A DNA stretch of 63,673 bases, filler included, from Octopus bimaculoides (taxonomy: Eukaryota): NCBI RefSeq assembly GCF_001194135.2. It is 7 parts of 7 records of this genome, joined end to end, with 100 filler letters (N's around TTAATTAATTAA, not from the genome) between each part and the next. Parts side by side here need not be neighbours in the genome. Positions count along the whole stretch, not along the records: positions 39,917 to 59,619 come from NC_068989.1; positions 59,720 to 62,479 come from NC_068984.1; 5 more parts are not named here. One strand, given 5' to 3'. Positions within the stretch are counted from its first letter, which is position 1. Each line of letters opens with the position of its first letter. The position numbers and the translations under genes are program-made. The notes under the pieces were generated by a model. It saw only the letters and a program-made list of their open reading frames with translations, did no database searches and was not told where the DNA came from. This document shows, in pieces, positions 50,535 through 62,479 of this stretch.

Positions 50535-51142
50535 GAATAATAGCATTGCTAGTTACAGTTCCCAAGGAGCCCAGTCGTTAGTAAATTACATTTCTGATAG
50601 TGAGAACAGCAAGGGAGTATCTGTGACTTAGCACAGAACAAATATCACAACAGGCTTAATTTTAAATGTACCATTACTGGTATATATTGCCAAAAGATAC
50701 ATACTTATATATTGGAAATGCAACAGTGGTCTATTTATTGTCTTTTATACCAAGATTTCATTCTTTCTATCTTTCTTTATTCATATTTTCGCATGAATTC
50801 ATTTCAGTTTATTTGGAACAATAAAGTTCTTAAATCTATCTTCAATGTTCCTAGACCTTCATAGTCTCATCTTCAAGATGGAGTGATGTTGGTGTGTGTT
50901 GCTATGTTATTGTTATTAGCAGAGCCAATGTAATTGCTGAAATTTGAATAATGAGCATTAGATTTATTACATCATCAGTCAGGTATTTATTTAACTAATC
51001 TGAACTAAAATTCAATATCCAGACCAGTACAAATAAAACTGTTAACAATGCAATATTCCATTTTTACCCCTAAATATTAAAATCGAAAATATAGATACAG
51101 CATGTCTGTTTACATTAAAGGCACACATAAATGCTTTTGCTT

Positions 51143-51512
51143 GTTGGCACTCCGTCGCTTACGACGTCGAGGGTTCCAGTTGATCCGATCAACAGAACAG
51201 CCTGCTCGTGAAATTAACGTGCAAGTGGCTGAGCACTCCACAGACACGTGTACCCTTAACGTAGTTCTCGGGGATATTCAGCGTGACACAGTGTGACAAT
51301 GCTGGCCCTTTGAAATAGAAACAGGAAGTAAGAGTGAGAGAAATTTGTGGTGGAAGAGTACAACAGGGTTCTCCACCATCCCCTGCTGGAGCCACGTGGA
51401 GCTTTAGGTGTTTTCACTCAATAAACACTCACAACGCCCAGTCTGGGAATTGAAACGGCGACCCTATGACCGCAAGTCCACTGCCCTAACCACTGGGCCA
51501 TTGCGCCTCCAC
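51143..51512 (-). mobile_element. SINE family C, full length
   Basis: Colinear with 17618-18003; 9-bp TSD CTTTTGCTT (51134-51142 and 51513-51521). Confidence 0.9.
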
Positions 51513-52789
51513 CTTTTGCTTATATCACCTGTATCAACCAAACTATTGTATGTTGTTACACTGGCCACAGTATACTTCCAGTTCTTCTTTGATTACATCT
51601 GTCTTTCCCATCTTGGCCTATATCATTTAACTAAATCATCGTCCATCATTATGGATGCCTTCCAAGCAGCCTTTTCCGATCACTTGGATTCCACTCAGCA
51701 ACAGCATACATCCACCTGTTGTCTGTGAACTTTGTGACATATCTGGTTCCATGGAACTTTTTCCTTTGGTTTTCTGTGATCACATCGTTCATTCCACACC
51801 ATTCTCAAATTGCCTCACTTTGGATAAGTTCTTGCAGTGTTATTCTTTATGTGCAAAGTCCCATTTTCAGAAGAAAAGAACAGTCTTAGAAAAGTCCAGT
51901 TGCATAGGTTCTGTTAACTCATTCAAATTCCCTAATGTTATCCCTAACATTAGGGAATTTGAATGGGTTAATGGGACCTACATTCTCAGGTTGTTTTTCT
52001 TTTTCTTTTTTTTTTCTGAAAATGGACCTTTGAGCCTGAAATATATAGGTTATATATTAAACTCACTCACTGCATTGTCAGAAACTTTCTATTTTCTCTC
52101 TTTTTTACTTTCTTCAGTATTACAATGCTTCAAGCGAACTACCACGCCCTTATACACCTAATCAACAATAGCTTTTCTTACAAACTAACAGATCAAGCCA
52201 TACACTAATACAAACATAAACACAAAACAGCAAGTACCTCAAACACAGTCAAATACATAACAACTACAGAACAGATGAACTCTTGTAAAACAGATGAACC
52301 TTGTAAAACAGAACCTCTTTCTTTGAGTTAGTTGCAAGTCACTATGCTTACACACACACATGCACACGCGCTAATGTTTGGATGTTTGTGTATGTTTGCA
52401 AGTAGTGTTATGAACAAACCATAGAGTGCTCAATACAAGTAAGTAGGGTATATGTATTATTGTTGAAGTTGATGACTGTTTCATTACTTTGAGTCTTTCA
52501 CCAAACAAGCATTCATCAGATTGGCATATCAGCAAAAAAAAAGTTTTGGAAGAAATGTTTCCTTCATTGGTATGTTATCTAATAAATTTTTAGTACAAAA
52601 CTTGAAGGAGTGAAACAGTAGTCAACTCTTACAATCGTTATCACCATTATTGCTACCATATACAGTCCACCCTTGCCTATCATGCTGGCTTGGGTTAAAC
52701 GAAACTTTATTGATACCAGCTGGATGCCCTTCCTGTCGTGAGCCATTGTTTTTCAAGTAAAATATTTTACCGTCCAACCAATCATATCA

Positions 52790-53520
52790 TAATTTGCTGA
52801 GCTACAAAGCATTTGTTCATTGGAGGAAGTAGCTGGGTGCTCTTCCTGCTCAGATGGTGCTAATAATGACATGCTGATGTGATGTTTACACACGACAGTA
52901 CTGGTATTGGTCATGTGTTGCGTATGGATGAGGACAGATGTGTGAAGTGTCACACCCTAACAGTGGAGGGAACCTGTGGAAGAGGTACACCCAGGAAGAC
53001 CTGGAATGAGGTTGTAAAGCATGACTTTTGAATGTTGGGCCTCACAGAGGCAATGATAAGTGACCGAGACCTTTGGAGATATGCTGTGCTTCAGAAGATC
53101 TGGCTAGCCAAGTGAGATCGTATCTGCAGCCGATGCCAGTATCGCATAACTGGCCCGTTTAATAGTACTCTCCAATTGTCAGGCAACATGCTGTACTTGA
53201 AGACCTGTTGAGTCAAGTGTAATTGTTGTTGTGGCTGATGCCAGTGCCGCCTGACTGGAACCCATGCCTGTGGCATGTAAAAAGCACCATTTGAACGTGG
53301 TCAATGTCAGTGCCACCTGACTGGCTCCTGTGCCGGTGAAATGTAAAAGGTACCAACTACACTCTTGGAGTGGTTGGTGTTAGGAAGGGCATCCAGCTGT
53401 AGAAACCTTGCCAGATCAGATTGGAACCTTGTGCAGCATCCTGTCTTGCCAGTCCTCAGTCAAACTGTCCAACCCATGCCAGCGTGGAAGGCAGATGTTA
53501 AAGGATGATGATGATGACAA
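52790..53520 (+). mobile_element. RTE-clade LINE 3' end (ORF2 C-terminus, about 400-bp 3' UTR, (GAT)n tail)
   Basis: GHVLRMDEDRCVKCHTLTVEGTCGRGTPRKTWNEVVKHDF*MLGLTEAMISDRDLWRYAV; the UTR has a duplicated GATGCCAGTGCC.CCTGACTGG unit and GGAAGGGCATCCAGCTGTAG. Confidence 0.8.
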
Positions 53521-53580
53521 CAATGACAACAATGACACCTATGCACTCTCTCTTGCTCCCCCCCCACCTTATATTCTGTC

Positions 53581-53795
53581 TGCTATGGGCACAAGGCCTG
53601 AAATTTAGAGAGATGCCAGAGGCTGCAGAAGCGTAATCAATTTCATTGATCCCCGGTACTTGACTGGTACTTAATTGTGAACCCTTAAAGGACTAAAAGC
53701 AAAGTTGACCTCAGTGGAATTTGAACCCAGAACGTAAAGCTTGAGGAAATGGCGCTAAGCATTTCGTCCCGCAATTTGACAATTCCGCCAGCTTG
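53581..53795 (-). mobile_element. SINE family A, degenerate
   Basis: GACCTCAGTGGAATTTGAACCCAGAACGTAAAG. Confidence 0.75.
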
Positions 53796-53804
53796 CAACA
53801 CGTT

Positions 53805-54011
53805 CTTTTATTCTCTCTTTTACTTGCTTCAGTCATTTGACTGTGGCCATGCTGGAGCACCACCTTTAGTCAACTTATTCTTTGTAAGCCTAGTACTTAT
53901 TCTATCAGTCTCTTTTGCCGAACCACTAAGTTACAGGGACATAAACACACCAGCATCGCTTGTCAAGCAATGATTGGGGAAGGGGGGGCAAACATAAACA
54001 CATAGACATAG
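53805..54011 (-). mobile_element. SINE family B 3' half running into a gap
   Basis: CTTTTACTTGCTTCAGTCATTTGACTGTGGCCATGCTGGAGCAC. Confidence 0.85.
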
Positions 54012-54573
54012 NNNNNNNNNNNNNNNNNNNNNNNNNNNNNNNNNNNNNNNNNNNNNNNNNNNNNNNNNNNNNNNNNNNNNNNNNNNNNNNNNNNNNNNNN
54101 NNNNNNNNNNNNNNNNNNNNNNNNNNNNNNNNNNNNNNNNNNNNNNNNNNNNNNNNNNNNNNNNNNNNNNNNNNNNNNNNNNNNNNNNNNNNNNNNNNNN
54201 NNNNNNNNNNNNNNNNNNNNNNNNNNNNNNNNNNNNNNNNNNNNNNNNNNNNNNNNNNNNNNNNNNNNNNNNNNNNNNNNNNNNNNNNNNNNNNNNNNNN
54301 NNNNNNNNNNNNNNNNNNNNNNNNNNNNNNNNNNNNNNNNNNNNNNNNNNNNNNNNNNNNNNNNNNNNNNNNNNNNNNNNNNNNNNNNNNNNNNNNNNNN
54401 NNNNNNNNNNNNNNNNNNNNNNNNNNNNNNNNNNNNNNNNNNNNNNNNNNNNNNNNNNNNNNNNNNNNNNNNNNNNNNNNNNNNNNNNNNNNNNNNNNNN
54501 NNNNNNNNNNNNNNNNNNNNNNNNNNNNNNNNNNNNNNNNNNNNNNNNNNNNNNNNNNNNNNNNNNNNNNNNN

Positions 54574-54618
<45 letters not shown>

Positions 54619-55149
54619 AAAGTAAAATCTGCTTTCAGATGGTTAGTCTTTGCATAAACCACTGAATCTTAACCACTCCGTGTATTTGGTAGTAGAGCAG
54701 GTGAGAGAGAGAAAGAGAAAAATTCTAGGTAAGATTTCAGGACTAAGTGGAAATTTATGCATGAAAGTTAAAATTTACGATAATAAAAGAATACAGTAGT
54801 ATATAAGTTTTACAACAATGCATTAAAAATTGCCAAGTCATTGGATAATTTTTTAAATTGTTTCTACGAAATTTTAAACCGATCAAAATCCTATTGTTTT
54901 TTTTCTTACTAGTGTGTACTATTTAAAGTATTGTAATAATATACGCTGTGTTCTGTGTAGAAGAGATTTTTTAAAAACTTTGAAGAAATTATTTTACTGG
55001 TACAAAATACCACCATTTTTCTTGACTTCTAATATTTAACTCTCCATATTTAACTCAGAATCTGTTCAGTTCTAAGCTGTTAACTATGGCCTGCAAACCA
55101 CAAGCGTGAGATGTAAGTGAAATGCAATGAAATCATTCAATTAAGAATC

Positions 55150-55403
55150 AAATGTGAATTACCGATTCTTATTTCTTTATTGCCCACAAGGGGCTAAACA
55201 TAGAGGGGAAAAACAAGGATAGACAAACGGATTAAGTCGATAATATCGACCTCCAGTGAGTAACTGGTACTTATTTAATTGACCGCAAAAGGATGAAAGG
55301 CAAAGTCGACCTCAGCGGAATTTGAACTCAGAACGTAGCGGCAGACGAAATACTGCTAAGCATTTCGCCCGGCGTGCTAATGATTCTGCCAGCCCACCGC
55401 CTT
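55150..55403 (-). mobile_element. SINE family A (long-tail subfamily)
   Basis: TATTTCTTTATTGCCCACAAGGGGCTAAACATAGAGG..GCAAAGTCGACCTCAGCGGAATTTGAACTCAGAACG. Confidence 0.9.
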
Positions 55404-55899
55404 CAATTACCGATTCTGCCTACCAATCTACAACACTGGCACAATCTAATATTAGAACCCATCATAGTTGTCATTGTTGTCACCACTATCTTTTTCCACT
55501 TTTCCATGTGTTCATGGATCAGATGGAATTTGTTGGGGCAGATTCTCTACGGCTGGATGCTGTTTCTGTTGCCAAGGTAATTAGTCCCAGGGTAATACAC
55601 ATGTTTTCCATGGAAGACTAGAAACAAACAACATCGGTTGTATGATGATGCTGTTCCTTTACAACTATTACTTGATCTCAAGACAAGGACACACAGACAC
55701 ACATGCATGGACACACACACACACACAAACACATGGAGACACACACACGGACACACACACTTTCTAGTTTTCTACTGAATCCATGCACAAGGCTTTGGCT
55801 GCCACGCATTAGAATTGAACCTGAGGTCATATAATTACGAAGCAAACTTCTTAACCACACAGCCAACTCTGCTCTTATAAATATATATATAATTAATCT

Positions 55900-56297
55900 G
55901 CAGGCGTAGGAGTGGCTGTGTGGTAAGTAGTTTGCTTACGAACCACATGGTTCCGGGTTCAGTCCCACTGCGTGGCACCTTGGGCAAGTGTCTTCTACTA
56001 TAGCCTCAGGCCGACCAAAGCCTTGTGAGTGGATTTGGTAGACGGAAACTGAAAGAAGCCCGTCGTATATATATATATATATGTATGTTTGTGTGTCTGT
56101 GTTTGTCCCCCTAACATCGCTTGACAACCGATGCTGGTGTGTTTATATCCCCCGTTACTTAGCGGTTCGGCAAAAGAGACCGATAGAATAAGTACTAGGC
56201 TTACAAAGAATAAGTCCTGGGGTCAATTTTCTCGACTAAAGACGGTGCTCCAGCATGGCCACAGTCAAATGACTGAAACAAGTAAAAGAGTAAAGAG
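55900..56297 (+). mobile_element. SINE family B, full-length ungapped reference copy
   Basis: A-box-like TGGCTGTGTGGTAAG, B-box-like GGTTCAGTCCC, CORE-like CACCTTGGGCAAGT, internal (TA)n(TG)n, AAAGAGT tail. Confidence 0.92.
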
Positions 56298-57054
56298 CTA
56301 TTCTATGGAAGTATTAAATTTCTCATACTTTTAATAGAAGAATGAGTTTTATTTATCTAAAAATCCATGCTTTCTAAATCCAGGGGTCAAATTGATGTAA
56401 ACAAGTTTAGATAACTCTGACTTGTGTTGTGGCACACATTTCTTGTGTATATTTTGAACCCCCAAATAATAAACTTGCTAAATGACTCCGAAAATATCCT
56501 GGCTGCCAAAGCAAGTTCTCTTAATTAAGTTTCTTAAGAATTTCATTCAAACTCTCCACTCTCTGCCAATGCCACTGTTAATGATTTGGTTCGGTACCAA
56601 AATATAGATGGGCTCCAGTTTCTTATCTAAATCAATACTTCTGTTTGAAATTGTTCCATTGTTTGTTTGGAAGAATATTGGGAAAGCCAACATTTTTGTC
56701 GACTTCTCTCTTTATAGCCATTGTTTTTGCCTAAATTTTTAGCATCTCTTGGTCTCAAAATCTTACTTTACGGTTTTATATAATTCCCATTCTTCACCTC
56801 TTATTTTCTTCACTTTCTTCTTGGCATATAGAAATATTTGTGTATGTGTGTGCATGTGTTTGTATGTGTGAGCATGTGTTTGTATGTGTTGTATTTTCAA
56901 CCTCTTAAATTTCTTTTCTCTTTCTCAATTGTTAAATTCTCTCATTTCCTTGTCCCATCTCTCAATAAATTACATGTAGGCCTACTTTTCAACATTTCAT
57001 ATTTTTGTATTTCCTTGTCTACCTCTTGCTCACCTTTCTCTCTCTCATCTATGA

Positions 57055-57525
57055 GTACTCTTTACTCTTTTACTTGTTTCAGTCATTTGACTCTGGCCAT
57101 GCTGGAGCACTGCCTTTAGTCGAATCAAATCGACCCCAGGACTTATTCTTTGTAAGCCTAGTACTTATTCTTATTTCTTTATTGCCCACAAGGGGCTAAA
57201 CATAGAAACGACAAACAAGGACAGACAAAGGAATTAGGTCGATTACATCGACCTCAGTGCAAAACTGGTACTTAATTTATCGACCTCGAAAGGATAAAAG
57301 GCAAAGTCGATCTCGGCGGAATTTGAACTCAGAACGTAACGGCTGACGAAATTCTGTTAAGCATTTCACCCGGCGCGCTAACGATTCTGCCAGCTCGCCG
57401 CCTTATTCTATCGGTTTCTTTTGCCGAACCGCTAAGTTACGGGGACCTAAACACACCAGCATCGGTTGTCAAGCAATGTTGGGGTGACAAACACAGACAC
57501 ACAAACATATACACACACACACACA
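57055..57525 (-). mobile_element. SINE family B 3' half interrupted by a SINE A insertion (57171-57401)
   Basis: B sequence resumes after the insert; TSD CTTATTC at 57164-57170 and 57402-57408. Confidence 0.85.
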
Positions 57526-57719
57526 AAGGGTTAAACCAGCCATATTTGGCCAAAATACTCTACCTGCTTTAAGTTCAAACTGGTCAGATCCTGCCACTCA
57601 CACCTACTCTACAATGTCATTCTAAAAAGTATGAGGTAATGCATGATTAATTCAAAGCAATGTAAATAAGTGTAACATTTGACAGATTAACCTAAATGCA
57701 TACACATACATATATACAC

Positions 57720-57870
57720 ACTCAACAGGCTTCCACTCAGTTTCCTACCAAATTTACTCACAAGGCATTGGTCAGCCATAGTAGAAAACACTTACCCACA
57801 AGGTGCTGTGCAGTAAGACGGAACCCAAAACCAAGAGATTACAAAACAACCTTCTTAACCTCACAGCCAT
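57720..57870 (-). mobile_element. SINE family B 5' half, degenerate
   Basis: CTACCAAATTTACTCACAAGGCATTGGTCAGCCATAGTAGAAAACACTTACCCACAAGGTGC. Confidence 0.65.
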
Positions 57871-58042
57871 TCCTGTTTAAAATATCAGCAATTTTTCTCT
57901 CATAAAACACACCTTGAAGTAAGAATTCTATAAATTTATTTCTTCACCAAAATACTTTTGGCAGTTTTTCTTGGGTTTTTTTTTTCTTCCTTTTTTTTTT
58001 ATTCTTCCCTGTCTTTATCTTTCTTCTTTCTTTCCGTTTTTT

Positions 58043-58062
58043 TTTTTCTGCTNNNNNNNNNN

Positions 58063-58122
<60 letters not shown>

Positions 58123-58530
58123 CCTTTCTCATACTCTCTCTTTCCTTTCATTTTTTTCCTCTCACCTCTCCCACTCTCTTTCTCTCTCCCACTCTCTTCC
58201 TCTCTCCCACTCTCTTCCTCTCTCCCACTCTCCCACTCTCTTCCTCTCTCCCACACTCTTCCTCTCTCCCACTCTCGTCCGCTCTCTCACTCTCTTACTC
58301 ACTTTTTCTTTCCCATTCTTTTCACCACTCTCTTTCTCTCCCATTCTCTTTCTCTCCCCCTTTCCCTTTATCAGTATCTCTCTTTTTCTCACACCATTTC
58401 TCTCTATCCCACTGCCTCTCTCACTTTCTCTTACTCTCTTTCTCAAATCCCCTTATTCCCTTATTCTCTCAATCTCTCCCCAACTCGCTCTCCCATTCTC
58501 CCTCTCTCTCATCTCCCACTTTCACTTCGT
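58043..58530. repeat. About 490-bp polypyrimidine tract: (CT)n plus an about 18-bp minisatellite CTCTCCCACTCTCTTCCT
   Basis: Direct reading; about 5-6 degenerate units at 58165-58285. Confidence 0.85.
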
Positions 58531-59299
58531 GCCATTTGTGTTACATTAAAACTTCATATATTTCTCTAAACGCAGTCTTTGTGCTGATATAAAAAGCAAA
58601 CATGAAAGGCGAGCAAATACAGACTGAGGATCCCAGTGTCTCCCTTTGTTGATGTCTCAATCTATTCTGCCACAATTCCTACCTACCATAATCCTTCTAA
58701 CAACATAAGACTTGTCACATTAACACTTTTTTATTTATATCTACACAGTAGGTTTGAGATTTCTATGAATCCTGGGTAGCCATATTTTCCATACCCCTAA
58801 AAAAAAAAAAAAAATTTCATCATCATCATCGTCGTCATCATTTAATGACTGTTTTCCCTGCTACCATATTTTATTATTTTTCATTCTGTTCTCAATGTTA
58901 GAGCAACGATTTTATTATAGATAGATAGCTTTTACTCATTTTCTTTTCTCTCGTTTCTGTCCACCAAAAGAAATGGCATTTTCAATGAATTTCTCTTTTC
59001 AAAGTTTACTTTTTAAGGAATCAAAAATGCGGCTTTTCTTGTGATCTTCCAGGTGGAAACAGAAGCCTGCTTTTAGATAAGTCGGGACTTTTGGGTCCAG
59101 TGAGTAATGTTTTGTGAGGCTGCCCTGTATATTTTCTTAGATTTATTTACATTGTAGTCTGTGAACAGTGATGTTTTTTGTTTATTATTTTCCATTGGGT
59201 CGGTCTCCGAGTTCATTGAAATTTCTGACAGTAGTAAGAAGCCAGCTGTAACTTAAGGAAAACTAATTTTTTTTTATTCCTTTCTTTTTGTTTCTGCCA

Positions 59300-59455
59300 A
59301 TCATCATCATCATCATCATCATTATCGTTTAACGTCCACTTTCCATGCTAGCATGGGTTGGACGATTTGACTGAGGACTGGCAAACCAGATGGCTTGCAC
59401 CAGGCTCCAATCTGATCTGGCAGAGTTTCTACAGCTGGATGCCCTTCCTAACGCC
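59300..59455 (-). mobile_element. 3' UTR fragment of the RTE family seen at 52.8-53.5 kb (related remnants at about 52655-52780 and 55475-55680)
   Basis: (CAT)n-CGTTTAACGTCCACTTTCCATGCTAGCATGGGTTGGAC..CTACAGCTGGATGCCCTTCCTAACGCC. Confidence 0.8.
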
Positions 59456-59568
59456 TTTTTATCCTTTCAGGGTTGATAAATTAAGTACCAGTTGTATACT
59501 GGGGTAAATCTAATCAACTGGTCCCCTTCCCTAAAAATTTCGGGTCTTGTGCCTAGAGTAGAAAAGAA
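59456..59568 (+). mobile_element. SINE family A 3' half fused directly to the RTE UTR
   Basis: ATCCTTTCAGGGTTGATAAATTAAGTACCAG..GGTCTTGTGCCTAGAGTAGAAAAG. Confidence 0.8.
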
Positions 59569-59596
59569 TTTGTCTGCTTAGAGAACCCTTTGTATA

Positions 59597-59614
59597 CAGG
59601 GTGGGCCAAAAGTC
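59597..59614 (+). mobile_element. Possible Tc1/mariner TIR start, truncated by a gap
   Basis: TA|CAGGGTGGGCCAAAAGTC; only 18 bp visible. Confidence 0.35.
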
Positions 59615-59968
59615 AATATNNNNNNNNNNNNNNNNNNNNNNNNNNNNNNNNNNNNNNNNNNNNTTAATTAATTAANNNNNNNNNNNNNNNNNNNNNNNNN
59701 NNNNNNNNNNNNNNNNNNNTGTGTGTGTGTGTGTGTGTGTGTTTGTGTGTGTGTGCTTAGTCTCAATCGTTATATAAAGAAAACGAATGTACGAAACAGA
59801 AATTAAGAAGAATGGATGCAGGACAAAGCAATCAGATAAGACAGGAGATATTTTATTTATAACTAGACTAAATTAATATGTAAATGTCACACCTTACACT
59901 AGAGCAGATGGTTTGAAAATAAGAAAGATTGTCATGCTATCATGGACAGTAGATTGTGAATGACTATG

Positions 59969-60346
59969 GCTGGCACGCCGTCGGTTACGACGACGAGGGT
60001 TCCAGTTGATCCGATCAACGGAACAGCCTACACGTGAAATTAACGTGCAAGTGGCTGAGCACTCCACAGACACGTGTATTCTTAACGTAGTTCTTGGCGA
60101 GATTCAGCGTGACACAGAGTGTGACAAGGCTGACCCTTTGAAATACAAGTACAACAGTAATAGGAAGAAAGAGTGAGAGAAAGTTTTGGTGAAAGAGTAC
60201 AGCAGGGTTCGCCACCATCCCTTGCCGGAGCCTCGTGGAACTTTAGGTGTTTTCGCTCAATAAACACTCACAACGCCCCGGTCTGGGAATCGAAACCGCG
60301 ATCCTATGACCGCGCTGCCCTAACCACTGGGCCATTCCGCCTCCAC
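59969..60346 (-). mobile_element. SINE family C, full length
   Basis: Perfect 14-bp TSD TGTGAATGACTATG (59955-59968 and 60347-60360). Confidence 0.92.
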
Positions 60347-60569
60347 TGTGAATGACTATGAAACAGTAAGTAAAAACATTTTGAAACATAATTATAGTGG
60401 ACTCTCCGCTCGTAACCGACAGATGATGGTTTCACAACCTCTGGCTGGACAACCTGCACAAATGAATTGTTTATTTGTATGTGCGTAATCCTATGGAATA
60501 TGTATGACTAAGTCATTTATTGAGAACATATTTCATGTTCGAGAGGCGCGACGTATGGTCTTAAAATTG

Positions 60570-61148
60570 TAGGAGTGGCTGTGTGGTAAGTAGCTTGCTT
60601 ACCAACCACACGGTTCCGGGTTCAGTCCCACTGCGTGGCACCTTGGGCAAGTGTCTGCTACGATAGCCTCGGGCCGACCAAAGCCTTGTGATTGAGTTTG
60701 GTAGACGAAAACTGAAATAAGCCTGTCGTATCTGTCATACCGGCCATGATGAAATACCACAAGGTATAGAAAATACGTATTCGCATTTATATATTTATAT
60801 ATTTAATCCTTTATATTGAACACTCAATATTTCATATATTCAATAAGACATATTCCATATATTCAATAAGACATTCAATACTTCATTTCATTGTACCATC
60901 CATCTTTTTTTATATTATATATTATATATTCCATATTCTATATCCCACATAAATTTTACAAGAATATAAATAAAAAACATAAAAAACAGACAGAGTTGGA
61001 ACTCTTTTAAATAAAATAATATATTCCTCTATACACGATNNNNNNNNNNNNNNNNNNNNNNNNNNNNNNNNNNNNNNNNNNNNNNNNNNNNNNNNNNNNN
61101 NNNNNNNNNNNNNNNNNNNNNNNNNNNNNNNNNNNNNNNNNNNNNNNN

Positions 61149-61187
<39 letters not shown>

Positions 61188-61410
61188 ATATGTTTGTGTG
61201 TCTGTTTGTCCCCCCCCCCAACATCACTTGACAACCGATGCTGGTGTGTTTACATCCCCGTAACTTAGCGTTTCGGTAAAAGAGACGATAGAATAAGTAC
61301 TAGGCTTACAAAGAATAAGTCCTGGGGTCGATTTGCTCAACGAAAGGCAGTGCTACAGCATGGCCGCAGTCATATGACAGAAACAAGTAAAAGAGTAAAA
61401 GAATAAAAGA
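60570..61410 (+). mobile_element. SINE family B halves (60570-60730 and about 61150-61410) separated by about 290 bp of unrelated AT-rich DNA and a gap
   Basis: Head ends exactly where the internal microsatellite normally starts; tail resumes after the gap. Confidence 0.75.
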
Positions 61411-61754
61411 ATACAGTTACGTGGTGTTATTCACTAAAGTAGACTGATTAATCTCTTCTCGAAGTTTTTTATTGAGTCCTCATTTTTACCGTTCACACTT
61501 TAAAATTCAACTGATAGTTGTTTTAAGTAAAGCAACCCTGAAAGTCAATATTATCGCAGAAGCCACACACGATGGCTTTCAGAGCCATAGTTTGACCACT
61601 ATTACTATAGTGGAATGCTGCCTGTATATGAAATACGCAGTAAATGACCCCCACCCAGCCTTAAAAAATCAAGCTAAAGTCCCTTTCTTCTCAATATGCT
61701 AAGTATGGACGTATTCACATTTTGTAGAAGACAGACAGAAAGGAGTTATTTTTA

Positions 61755-62090
61755 TTTTATTTCAGTCTTTGAACTGCTGCCATGCTGGCACTACAAAAAA
61801 ACGTCAAGGCTTTTCTTTAGTGGAACAAATTGTCCCTAGTACTTATTCTATCGGTACCTTTTTCCAAACCTCTAAGTTATAGGAACATGAACAAACCCAC
61901 ACCGGTTGCTAAGCGGTGGTGGGGAACGAACACAGTTAAAGACACACACATGTATAGAAATAACAAGCTTCCGCACAGTTCACGTCAGCCAAATCCCCTC
62001 ACAAGGTCTTGGTAGGTCCACGGCTATGAGAGAAGACACTTGTTCGAGGTCCAACGCAGTGAGACAGAACCTGGAACCATGTGGTAGGGA
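61755..62090 (-). mobile_element. SINE family B, old degenerate copy
   Basis: TTTCAGTCTTTGAACTGCTGCCATGCTGG..AGAAGACACTTGTTCGAGGT..CTGGAACCATGTGGTAGG. Confidence 0.7.
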
Positions 62091-62441
62091 AAAAAGGCAT
62101 CGAACTATCGTAAAATAATGTTCCCATGAGGTGAATCGAACCTTAGTGAAAGAGGAAATCCTATATTGCTATATTGTTATTTTATTCGCTAGGAAAGTGA
62201 AATTTACGTACTTAGACATTCGTTATGAACTAGCAAACAATACTGCACGCGTTAGAAAAGTCTCACACCAAGACGAAATTCACAGGATAATTACCATTGG
62301 TTGGAGTAACGGATATAGATTCAGTAAACCCACAAGTTAATTATTTCGAGATGAATAAAATTAATTTGTAGCGTAGTCAGGAAACGGGCTTGTTTGTGTA
62401 TATGAACATATTTATTGCTTGCTACTTTCATATAGAGAGTG

Positions 62442-62479
<38 letters not shown>

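Noticed and set aside
590-54662. Long ORFs rich in X (e.g. 590-1687, 11904-12887, 15997-16992, 30664-31839, 42872-43597, 49837-50631, 53931-54662)
   Set aside because: They are open only because they cross N gaps
56380-56780. Possible decayed retroelement coding sequence on the - strand
   Set aside because: Purine-biased, but no motif I can assign with confidence
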